Below are positions 12,301-23,408 of a stretch of DNA of 64,000 nt, piece after piece. The first letter of the stretch is position 1; each line of letters opens with the position of its first letter. The notes under the pieces are model-generated. The model saw nothing but the letters and a program-made list of their open reading frames with translations. It was not told where the DNA came from and made no database searches. This DNA comes from Eledone cirrhosa (taxonomy: Eukaryota): contig OZ024742.1 of assembly GCA_964016885.1 (NCBI GenBank), positions 217,124,001-217,188,000 on the forward strand. The letters are read 5' to 3'. The position numbers were made by a program, and so were the translations under genes.

Positions 12301-14890
12301 GTTATGCTGGTGGTGTTGGTGATATTGTTATGGTGGTGGTGTTGGTGATAGTGCTATGGTGGTGGTGTTGGTGATAGTGTTATGGTGGTGGTGTTGTTGA
12401 TAGTGTTATGGTGGTGGTGTTGGTGATAGTGTTATTGTGGTGGTGTTGTTGATAGTGTTATGGTGGTGGTGTTGGTGATAGTGCTATGGTGGTGGTGTTG
12501 GTGTTAGTGTTATGGTGGTGGTGTTGGTGATATTGTTATGCTGGTGGTGTTGGTGATAGTGTTATGGTGGTGGTGTTGGTGATATTGTTATGGTGGTGGT
12601 GTTGGTGATAGTGTTATGGTGGTGGTGTTGGTGATAGTGTTATGGTGGTGGTGTTGGTGATAGTGTTATGGTGGTGGTGTTGGTGATAGTGTTATGGTGG
12701 TGGTGTTGGTGATAGTGTTATGGTGGTGGTGTTGGTGATAGTGTTATGGTGGTGGTGTTGGTGATAGTGTTATGGTGGTGGTGTTGGTGATAGTGCTATG
12801 GTGGTGGTGTTGGTGTTAGTGTTATGGTGGTGGTGTTGGTGATAGTGTTATGGTGGTGGTGGTGATAGTGTTATGGTGGTGGTGTTGGTGATAGTGTTAT
12901 GGTGGTGGTGTTGGCGTTAGTGCTATGGTGGTTGTGTTGGTGATAGTGTTATGGTGGTGGTGTTGGTGATAGTGTTATGGTGGTGGTCTTGTTGATAGTG
13001 TTATGCTGGTGGTGTTGGTGATAGTGTTATGGTGGTGGTGGTGATAGTGTTATGGTGGTGGTGTTGGTCATAGTGTTATGCTGGTGGTGTTGGTGTTAGT
13101 GTTATGGTGGTGGTGTTGGTGATAGTGTTATGGTGGTAGTGTTGGTGATAGTGCTATGGTGGTGGTGTTGGTGATAGTGCTATGGTGGTGGTGTTGGTGA
13201 TAGTGCTATGGTGGTTGTGTTGGTGATAGTGTTATGGTGGTGGTGTTGGTGATAGTGTTATGGAGGTGGTGTTGTTGATAGTGTTATGCTGGTGGTGTTG
13301 GTGATAGTGTTATGGTGGTGGTGTTGGTGATAGTGTTATGGTGGTGGTGTTGGTGATAGTGCTATGGTGGTGGTGTTGGTGATAGTGCTATGGTGGTGGT
13401 GTTGGTGATAGTGCTATGGTGGTGGTGTTGGTGATAGTGTTATGCTGGTGGTGTTGGTGATAGTGTTATGCTGGTGGTGTTGGTGATAGTGTTATGGTGG
13501 TGGTGTTGGTGATAGTGTTATGGTGGTGTTGGTGATAGTGCTATGGTGGTGGTGTTGGTGATAGTGCTATGGTGGTGGTGTTGGTGATAGTGCTATGGTG
13601 GTGGTGTTGGTGATAGTGTTATGGTGGTGGTGTTGGTGATAGTGTTATGGTGGTGGTGGTGGTGATAGTGTTATGGTGGTGGTGTTGGTGATAGTGCTAT
13701 GGTGGTGGTGTTGGTGATAGTGTTATGGTGGTGGTGTTGGTGATAGTGTTATGGAGGTGGTGTTGTTGATAGTGTTATGCTGGTGGTGTTGGTGATAGTG
13801 TTATGGTGGTGGTGTTGGTGATAGTGTTATGGTGGTGGTGTTGGTGATAGTGCTATGGTGGTGGTGTTGGTGATAGTGCTATGGTGGTGGTGTTGGTGAT
13901 AGTGCTATGGTGGTGGTGTTGGTGATAGTGTTATGCTGGTGGTGTTGGTGATAGTGTTATGCTGGTGGTGTTGGTGATAGTGTTATGGTGGTGGTGTTGG
14001 TGATAGTGTTATGGTGGTGTTGGTGATAGTGCTATGGTGGTGGTGTTGGTGATAGTGCTATGGTGGTGGTGTTGGTGATAGTGCTATGGTGGTGGTGTTG
14101 GTGATAGTGTTATGGTGGTGGTGTTGGTGATAGTGTTATGGTGGTGGTGGTGGTGATAGTGTTATGGTGGTGGTGTTGGTGATAGTGCTATGGTGGTGGT
14201 GTTGGTGATAGTGTTATGGTGGTGGTGTTGGTGATAGTGTTATGGAGGTGGTGTTGTTGATAGTGTTATGCTGGTGGTGTTGGTGATAGTGTTATGGTGG
14301 TGGTGTTGGTGATAGTGTTATGGTGGTGGTGTTGGTGATAGTGCTATGGTGGTGGTGTTGGTGATAGTGCTATGGTGGTGGTGTTGGTGATAGTGCTATG
14401 GTGGTGGTGTTGGTGATAGTGTTATGCTGGTGGTGTTGGTGATAGTGTTATGCTGGTGGTGTTGGTGATAGTGTTATGGTGGTGGTGTTGGTGATAGTGT
14501 TATGGTGGTGTTGGTGATAGTGCTATGGTGGTGGTGTTGGTGATAGTGCTATGGTGGTGGTGTTGGTGATAGTGCTATGGTGGTGGTGTTGGTGATAGTG
14601 TTATGGTGGTGGTGTTGGTGATAGTGTTATGGTGGTGGTGGTGGTGATAGTGTTATGGTGGTGGTGTTGGTGATAGTGCTATGGTGGTGGTGTTGGTGAT
14701 AGTGTTATGGTGGTGGTGTTGGTGATAGTGTTATGGTGGTCGTGTTGGTGATAGTGTTATGTTGGTGGTGTTGGTGATAGTGCTATGGTGGTAGAGGTGG
14801 AGATAGTGTTATGGTGGTGGTGTTGGTGATAGTGTTATGGTGGTGGTGTTGGTGATAGTGTTATGGTGGTGGTGTTGGTGATAGTGCTAT
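6360..14890. repeat. 26-bp minisatellite GGTGATAGTGTTATGGTGGTGGTGTT, roughly 325 units, with higher-order duplications
   Basis: Unit directly visible. Its length is not a multiple of 3 and no ORF is called across it. Variant units recur at 491-bp and 962-bp spacings. Confidence 0.97.
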
Positions 14891-15444
14891 TGATAGTAAA
14901 GATAGTGAGGTGGTAATAGTGGTGTAGAGGCGGTGTTGATAATAGTTGTTTGGTTGGTGTGTCAGTGGTGGGTCAGTGGTGGATGGGTGGTGTGATTGGT
15001 GTGATTGTTAGTGTTGATGATAATGATGATGACGTTTTATTGATGATGATGATGGTGGTGGTGGTGGTGGTGATGATGATAATGAGGAAGAGGTGAAGGA
15101 CGGGGAGCATGGGGAGGCACTTCTGCTTAACAATCAAGTTTTAAAATTGCCAAATTGTTTTGTTTTCATTTTGCCCTTTTGTTTTTCTTTTTTTTTTTGT
15201 TATATTTTATTTCATTTGTTTTATTTTATTTATAAATTCTTTCCTAAACTTTGTGAGACACGAGAGAAAGAGAGAGAAAAGAAGAGAGTGTGATGGTAAG
15301 AGAGGTGAGAGTGAAGGTGAGAAAGATAATAGAGAATGGTGAAGGAGGAGGAGAAGTAAAAGATTATAAAAGAAAATGGCGAGTAAATAATCAAATAAAT
15401 AAAAATACAGCATCAAGTTAGATAATAAAGACAGTCTCATTCAG

Positions 15445-15524
15445 TTGTTCACTACCAGCGCCACCTTCCACCACTTTCCTACACTACTGCAGCTATTACT
15501 ACTACTATCACTACTACTACTATC

Positions 15525-15566
<42 letters not shown>

Positions 15567-15830
15567 ACTACAACTACTTCTACCAGAGCCACCATCCACC
15601 ATTTCCCTCCACACTACTTCTACTCCTACTATCAGCGCCACCATCTACCACTCCCCTCCACTGCACTACTACTACCACCACAACCATCACCACCACCACC
15701 ACCACCACCACCACCACCACCACTATCACCACCACTACTACCACCACTACTACCACTACCAACGCCACCACCTCCACCACCACCACTATATTAACAACAA
15801 CAACAGTAGCAGCAATACTACTATTATCAT
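15445..15830. repeat. (CTA)n/(CTG)n/(CAC)n low-complexity trinucleotide tract
   Basis: Directly visible; strand polarity is opposite to the 4-15 kb arrays. Confidence 0.9.
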
Positions 15831-16344
15831 TTTACGACATAATGTATCCAATAACATTTATTAATCAGTGACATTTTGGAGCCGGTTCATAATTAATCCA
15901 ATCAATTTTACAGAAAATATGTCTGAACGATAACTTCATCTTTAAATATATATTTTACACGGAGAGCTTTCTTATTGTTTTGTTTTTGTTTTTGTTTTTT
16001 GTTTCTAGTTTGTTTTTTTTTAGTTAGTGTTGGTGTTATTGGTGGATGGTGCTTTCTGTTTTTATTTATTTTGTTGTTGTTGTTGATTTTTTCCCTCTCT
16101 TTTCTTTTCGTTTTTCGTTGTTTGTGTCTTATTTTCCAAAGAGATCTGCTGCAGGAAGATGTAAGTCTGACGTGAACTATCAGACGTATTTCTAGAATAT
16201 TCACATGGCATTTCTGTTTCAACACGCGAAACAATTCTGGAATAAACGAGCGAATTTTTTCATGACCCCCATAACGATTCGAGAGTACATAGGCAATATG
16301 TTAGTGCTAATATATATTACTATAACTTGCGGAACTTGTGAAAA

Positions 16345-16479
16345 TTTCATGTTCTTTCGATCTGAGTTCAAATCCCGCCGAGGTTAACTTTGCCTTTCAT
16401 CCTTACGGGGTCGATAAAATAAAGTACCAGTAATACACTGGGTAATTGCTGGCCTTGTGCCAAAAAGTAGAAATAAGTA
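16345..16479 (+). mobile_element. SINE copy (same family as 2630-2965)
   Basis: GAGTTCAAATCCCGCCGAGGTTAACTTTGCCTTTCATCCTTACGGGGTCGATAAAATAAAGTACCAGT...GTAGAAA. Confidence 0.85.
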
Positions 16480-16493
16480 TGTTAAAGATCTTC

Positions 16494-16720
16494 CTGCGCA
16501 TCTCCCTTACCTTATTCTGGGGAAACGCCTTCTCCATTCTGTCCGCCGGGGCTGTGGGAGGCCAGCACGTGGGACCCCATTTGCTCACTATACAGAGCGA
16601 TGGGGAGGGCGAGAGAGATGGAAGCGATGACAGTAGGAGTTCAGCCCTTCTACGTTCGGACCATATCCTTGTGGTTGTGTTTATTATCTATATAGAAAAT
16701 GATTTCTAACCGCGTGCTTG
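16494..16720 (+). mobile_element. Severely 5'-truncated CRE-clade retrotransposon 3' end with target-site duplication
   Basis: Encodes LWGNAFSILSAGAVGG, nearly identical to the C-terminus of the CRE at about 17790-17835 on the opposite strand. Flanked by TGTTAAAGATCTTC (16480-16493) and TGTTAAGATCTTC (16721-16733). Confidence 0.75.
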
Positions 16721-17037
16721 TGTTAAGATCTTCGATTTCATTCCATAGTTAACGCTGTCTAAAGTATGACACTAGAATTTATTTTATTATGTTAAATACT
16801 TGTGGTTCAGTGCTGTCCATAATGACGGCCATAGTATTGGATGTACTTTATTGTTGGATACCAGAAATTGTATGACATGTGTACTAGGATTAATAATTTA
16901 TTTCTAGGATATGATTACATAACGTTTCCATCTAGAGAGCACCACGGCTTTCTGTATAAACAAATATTAGTTTCCCGAGAAGATGATACATGGTCCAGCC
17001 AAACTAAATGAAAATGAATTATAACTCAAATCATAAA

Positions 17038-17190
17038 TGGCTGAGTGGTTAAGACGTTCGCTTTGAAACTGTGTGGTTTTCAGTTCGATCCCATTATGAG
17101 AGACCTTCGGTAAATGACTTCTATCAAAGTCTCTGGTCAACTAAAGTCTCATGAGCGAAATTTGGTCGGCCGAGACAGTGTGGAAACTCC
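17038..17190 (+). mobile_element. Decayed tRNA-derived SINE (second family)
   Basis: A box TGGCTGAGTGG and B box GTTCGATCCC followed by a non-tRNA body. Confidence 0.65.
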
Positions 17191-17647
17191 TAAGGTGACT
17201 ATACCCGTTCTTGAGTGGTAGATTTAACCCATCTCTCGGTTAACACCGCCACTTGGTTTTTGTGAGCCTTCAGAAAAGTTCATTGTATTGCAAGCTTTAC
17301 TGTTAAGTCCAGAATCAATGGTGAGGAGTTTTAGGGTGCGGATAAGCCGATAACAGTTCATTTTCCAGCTCACGTTTAGCATGGTACAAGCACGTGCACA
17401 ACACATACTCTGCCCAATCAACACCTAATAAAATAACACAACCCACACTCCTGCGTAACCAATACATGACACTGTATCACTAATTGCTCAAACAACTCAT
17501 ATTCTACTCAACTGTGAGCCATTGATGCAACACAAACCACTCTAAACAATCAGCATTTGACACTGAGACATAACAGCAATCGAACAGCAAATACAAAACA
17601 TAATCACCACCCAACAAAATAACACAACTTGCATTATACATGTTTTA

Positions 17648-20600
17648 CAGACCTGCCAACCTCTAAAAGCCCAAACGAGGAGTACCATGAAAAATGAGAC
17701 AACAAAGATAATACGTCATTAATGTGTATATAAGTTGTAACGATGAAAGAATGGTATTTAACTAATGTATTGGTACGCGATGGGCCCACCCACAGCCCCG
17801 GCGGACAGAATGGAGAAGGCGTTTCCCCAGAGGACGGCAAGAGAGACGCGCTGGAAAAGCCACTCCAACTCGCGGCGCTCACACCTGCGGCTGGCCAGCT
17901 CAGCGCCTATGGTGGTGAGAAAGGAGGTAGCCCTGGGGCCGAGGACACCAGAAGTTTCCACTGCCAGGGTAACGACCGCAAACCTGTCGGAGAGCGACCG
18001 GTATTTGAGGAGTTTGGCCCCTCAGCCCGACGTGCAGCAGAACCTGGGTCAGTCGCAGACTGCACCAGGTTGCGGCTGCAGAAAGTGTCGGTGCAAGTGG
18101 CATCCCAGACGAGGGGTTTGCCACCACGGAACGGGAAGATGGTTATGCCATCTGGTCTTTTGCCGTCCCCTCGATCCAGCCCCACCGGCTCGAGCTGGGA
18201 AGGGAAGCCTGCAGCGTCCAAGCCATGCTTAATGACCTCGGTGAGGGCAGTATGGCGTGGAATGCGGCCGGCACTGTGGCGACAGGAAAGCGGGTGGAGG
18301 CCGAAAGAGTCCACGGTGGAACCGCAGAGACATTGGTGTGGCTGGCCGATCCGGAGGCCGAGCCTCAGAGAAACGCCGATTCGCAGGCTATGGTTGTCTA
18401 GCTGCGTGCCAGTGGATAAGGAGGGAAGAGCATGGAGTCAGGCACCACTGTGGGGTTTGGAGGCCGCACGCACAAAAACAAGCAAGGCGGTGCTGGTCGA
18501 GCTGGCGCGTGAGCCTGTCTGAGGCCCGGCTGCACTGGATGGCATCCCAAGTGCGTTGGGGGGACTTGACGTCAACAGGGGAAGAAGGAGGAGGGACGTC
18601 TACTGGGCTTAGTCCCAGCCGGTCCCACGTCTCACAGGCGGCCTCACGTTCTCTGAACACAGAGGGTTCTGTTGTGTTTTGAAGAACCCTGCTGACGAGG
18701 ACGCGGCACGAGGTTAACGACGAAAGATACGCCGGAAAAGCTAGTGAGTTCGGGGACCGGAGGCCCAGGCCGCCATACCTGACCGGTAAAATGGCCTGTT
18801 GCCACCCTATGTCGTCAAACTTGACGTTGCATATCCCCTCGGATGCTGATCGGATACAAGTATCGAGGTCAGCGAGGAGAGATGTCTGGGTGTAGCATGG
18901 AGCGCTGCGGAGTGTATAGAGGAGCTTCGGCATGGCGAAGCAGTTCCTCAGCAGAAATAGAGCTGGGTGGCCGTCAATCAAGCCCAGTCGGCTCGTGAGA
19001 GTCTGGAGCTGTTGAAGCCTGGACCTGATGGTGGAGCGGATGGCTGGCGGGTGGATCGGTGACCTGAGGATGAGGACATCCTCTTTGGGGGTCACCTGAA
19101 CCTGGCGGAGAATGGACCGCACGTCCAAGACGGAGGCTGCAAAGCTCACAGCATCGAGGCTGACGTTCACCACCTCCGACTTGGCCGAGTTGACCCGGAG
19201 GCTGATTCCCACCAGGGCAGGAATCACCGATTGAAGGTCTTGGCAGACCGTCTGTACAGGCCCGCCCAACGTAGCATCATCCAGATACCAAACGTTGAGA
19301 GGGGCCGTGATACTCCGGGCGATGTGGTCAATACCAAGGACGAACAAGAGGGGTCCCAAAGGGTCGCCCTGTTGGACTCCAGTAGCCGAGGGTATGACTG
19401 TATCAGCAGCTAGGAGCATGCTCGGGGCTCCATACGACAGGTAGGCCAGCGGGTAGGCAGAGGGGGCTCGGCTGAGGCAGGCCTCGAGCAGATGATCCCA
19501 GCGTAAAGAGTTAAAGGCATTCCTCAAGTCAAGCTTGACAATGAGGTGCCTGGAGTCCCTGGACGCCGGTACCGATGGGCAGCTGCTGAAGAACTGCCTG
19601 ATTGCATGAGAGGCTCCTTCACAGCCACCGGACACGCCGACACCCAGTTGCACCGGACTAAACTCCTCACCCAGTTCGTGTGTAACGGACTTGCAGATCA
19701 CCTTGCTAGCCAGCCTCCGGAAGACATTGCCCACTTTCTTCCTGAGAGCGGTGAGGCTGGCCGAAAAAAAGAGGCCTCGGGCGTAAGGGTCGAGGGCACC
19801 ATGAATGAGCCTATTGGTGAGCGCCACAATTGCACTCAGAAGGCGGCGCCCGGCCTCAGCGGAGAGGGGGGATGTCAACTCCTTGAGGTGGCCTGGTCGG
19901 AGACCATCAACACCTCCGCAGCTGCTAGCTGGGAAGGACCTGATGGCGGACATGATATCTACATCAGTAGCCACAAGGAGCAGGTGGGGGTCGGGTGGGG
20001 GTATGGGTCTGAGATCAGTGGTTGGCTCAGGGTGTTTGAGCAGCAGAGCAGCCAGGATCTCCTCGGTGGGTTGGAGGACAGTGTCCTCTGAGGCAACAAC
20101 TCTGACTGCGGCCGAGACATCACCCATGATAAGTTTTGCGTTTACCTGGTCACGCAAACGCTTGGCGATGGCCTCGGGGGTGGAGGATAGGGGGTTCCTG
20201 AGGGTGGGGTGTGTGGCGTCCCTGGGCACGCTTGGAATGGGCGCTCACCCAAATGACGAGACATTGGCCTTGACGAAGGCTGCTGTTGACCGGCCGCCCC
20301 AGTCAGCGCCAGAGCTGGGGAAGCCGAGGGCGAGTGGGGAGAAATAGAACAGCCGCTCCCAGTCACTGGCTCGATTGGAGTCCAGGGCGCTCTCAATCGA
20401 GGAAGCGAGGGCATCGGCTACCGGCACGCGTGCCGCTCTCGGGATCCTGAGTGGGATCTTCCGGAGCCGCCTGAGCCGAGCGATGTTGACCAGCGAGGCT
20501 CGGGCGTCAGGCAAGCTCGCTGTCCCATCTGGTGGTGTGCCAGACGGCCGTGGCTGGGAAGACGTGGGGAAGAGGCAGCTCCTGCACCTCCATGCTGCGA

Positions 20601-21161
20601 AGGCATTGGAAGCTCGACGAGTCAAGCCAACGCAGGTGAGGTGGTGGAAGCAGCCGCACCCCAAACAGTTCCGGCCCTCTTCCGTTTGTTAGTGGTGCCG
20701 CAAGTGCTGCAGGTGTCGATTTGGAGGGATGGGGTGGGGTGTGGGGCCGGGGACTGGGGCACCGAGCGGCATCAGGTGTGGGTGGCTGATGTGTGTGGGT
20801 GGAAGGGAAAGTGCTGGTAAGAGGGCAGCATAGCTCACCTATATATATGGAGGTGCCAGAAAACGAGAGCGAAAAGAGGCTGCATGGAGGGGGAGACACA
20901 GGAATGTAGAATGGCAGTAAATGAATTAGTGAATGGATGGATGTACACAAAAAGGGGAGGGGAGAAAACAAGGGGTTGTTCCCAGCGGAAAGACCCAGAG
21001 TTCAGCACGCACACATGCGAGCAACTGACCAGTTTGTCATAGACGATATTCTCAATGGACGCGCTTACAAGAGGTGAAAAGAGAGAAAGAGAAGACATCT
21101 CTCACTCATTCCAAAGTGGGTGGGAGATCTCTCCGTCGGACGTGGAGAGTTGACAGGTCTG
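17648..21161. mobile_element. hAT-like non-autonomous DNA transposon ends enclosing the CRE element
   Basis: Left end CAGACCTGCCAAC (17648-17660); right end GTTGACAGGTCTG (21149-21161); 12/13 inverted match. Flanks GTTTTA and GGTTTA (5/6) are a possible 6-bp TSD. Confidence 0.6.
17758..21090 (-). mobile_element. CRE-clade non-LTR retrotransposon, near full length and frameshifted: PHD finger, RT, CCHC knuckle, restriction-like endonuclease
   Basis: RT in ORF 18388-20229 (GVDGLRPGHLK, QLGVGVSGGCEG, KLDLRNAFNS, GVQQGDPLGPLLF, WYLDD). Knuckle CLCGSTVDSFGLHPLSC. RH motif and RPDGITIFPFRGGKPLVWDATC of the REL domain (17907-18314). GC-rich island in AT-rich surroundings. The 5' boundary is approximate. 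Confidence 0.9.
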
Positions 21162-21419
21162 GGTTTAAACAATAAATGTAACACTAAAATGGCAACAGAA
21201 ACAAACCAAATGAGATAAAAAAGCAATATTGATTAGCTATAGAAACACAGATTTGCATACTTAAACGACTATGCTACACACACCACAGGATACACAGAGA
21301 TGTACCTGGGGATGGCAAATACTCAGATAAAACTGTTGAAAACATAATAAAAAATACTAACATACTAACAAACCTATAGCTTGCTGTTAATCGGTATCGA
21401 TTATATCCACGATAGTGCT

Positions 21420-21855
21420 TAGCTAGTACTTTATTCTATCGACCGTGAAAAGATGAAAAGTATAATTAACTTTGGTAGGATTTGAAATTAGAATGTAAAG
21501 AGATGTAGCTATAATATGGTATGGTCCCGTAACTCCTGATAGATTCGTAGGGACGCTATAGTAGCATACGGCGTTTCTTAGGCATTTTAATCCTGGGGAA
21601 GCCTATCCCTCTCCAGGTCTGAACACAGAAGATTTCTTCCAGAGAAGGACAGAGAGAGTTTGAGAATGGAAGTGAAGAAGAGATATAGAGGAAGAATCGA
21701 CTCCAGTACTAGACTGGTACTTTTTTATCTAATCCGAAAGGATGAAAGACAAAGTTGACTTCGGCGAGATTTGCACTCAGAGAGCAGAGAGTCTGAATGA
21801 ATACCACCGAGCATTCTACCCGACGTTCTAAGGACTTTGCCAATTCGCCGCTTAA
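21420..21855 (-). mobile_element. Decayed SINE copies
   Basis: TAGTACTTTATTCTATCGACC...GATGAAA and CTGGTACTT...GGATGAAAGACAAAGTTGACTTCGGCGAGATTTG match the reverse complement of the main SINE. Confidence 0.65.
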
Positions 21856-23049
21856 CTAAATATTTCAATGTGTTAAATCTCAAGCTCTACCAATTTTTCA
21901 TTCCATTGCTCTTGCTATAATAGATATTCATAGGCACAAGAGGAAGTTATAGTCAATTAAATTTTATTACTTGGTACCTATTTTATCCTCTTCAGTGGGT
22001 TTACTTTGCTGGATTTTAACTGAAAACGTACAGAGCTAAAAACTAAATAACGCAAGATATTCTACCGTTTCTACTACTCTAGAAACGATATAATCTATAG
22101 AATTATTCTGCTTGCCACGATATGTGCTTGAGTGTTGCGTTTTAAACAACCTTAATTGAGAAACAAAATCGAAGACGTAAACGAAATCTTTCACATAATG
22201 AAATGTATGAAATGTATGAAAATACACAATATATTCATTAAAACAGAAATAAGAACATTTATAAAATGTAGAATTACCACTTATGAGCCATTTACCATTT
22301 ATGATTCATACAAGAGAGGGGCATTGCTAATTTCATTTACCACACAACCAGTTATATTACCAATCCACCGGAAGATTAAAAAGTAAACTCAACGTCGACA
22401 AAAGTTAAATTCAGATCATGTACGGACGAAAAAAAACGTGTAAAGAAGTATTTAGTTCGGTGCGTTAACGTTTCTTCCACTTCAGCGACCTCACAATGCG
22501 CTTTCTTTAATAATTGTTTTAGTGGCAAACTGTATGACAACCGCATTAAAATAGATTGCTTATCTGCCTTACTACTCGTAAGTTACTTATATTTGAGATG
22601 ACAGGATAAATAGAAGTATTAACGGCTGGTGTTCTTCTTTAGCCCAAGGCCATCCATCATCCATAGGATGTTTCGTGTGATTCAAAAGTGATTTGTTTGC
22701 TACTTTTAACATCTCAGGTTACTACTAAGGGACAGACACGCTCGTTACTTCCTCGAGTTACTAGTTTTTGGTAGGACACCGCCGCAGTATCGTCAGTTAA
22801 TATTAGAGTATCTATTACATTACAGCTGTAATTTTTATTGTTTTGTGGTGCACCCATCATTTTTGATTCTTCTCTTTGCAAGACACTGGAAAATTGAAGC
22901 TAAACATACCAAAGGGGAACAACCCAGTCATCAGCGTTCCACTGAGGGTTAACACGGTATCGGAGGCGTATGGTCAGTATCGTCATTAATGAATGCTTGT
23001 GTGTGTGGATGCGCGTGTGTCTGTTTGTGTGTTTCTGTGGGTGCAATTG

Positions 23050-23165
<116 letters not shown>

Positions 23166-23408
23166 CATACCATATCCTTCGGGTGTATGCGACTCTCGTG
23201 AACGGACACCACAGGAGCCTCATTAGTATTGTATGAACATTTTAAGTTTCATAGAGTATCTCTTCTTTAGATTTGACACAATACCAGCGCTTCGCTATAA
23301 CCTGACCACTGATGTAAATCCAATAGAGTGAAGGATTTGAAACGGAATACATATCGCATACACTCTGTACGACTTTTAAAGACACTGCTAATTCCCCTTG
23401 TATGTATG

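Noticed and set aside
6360-14890. CRISPR array, mucin exon or telomere
   Set aside because: No unique spacers; the 26-bp unit shifts frame and hits stops; no TTAGGG.
17038-17100. tRNA gene
   Set aside because: A and B boxes are present but there is no complete cloverleaf and a SINE body follows.
17743-20692. Plus-strand ORFs over the CRE element (and similarly over Tx1, R4 and RTE)
   Set aside because: Antisense shadows of retroelement ORFs with no recognisable motifs.
17758-21090. Horizontally acquired or bacterial RT system suggested by high GC
   Set aside because: Domain order and motifs match eukaryotic CRE non-LTR elements.
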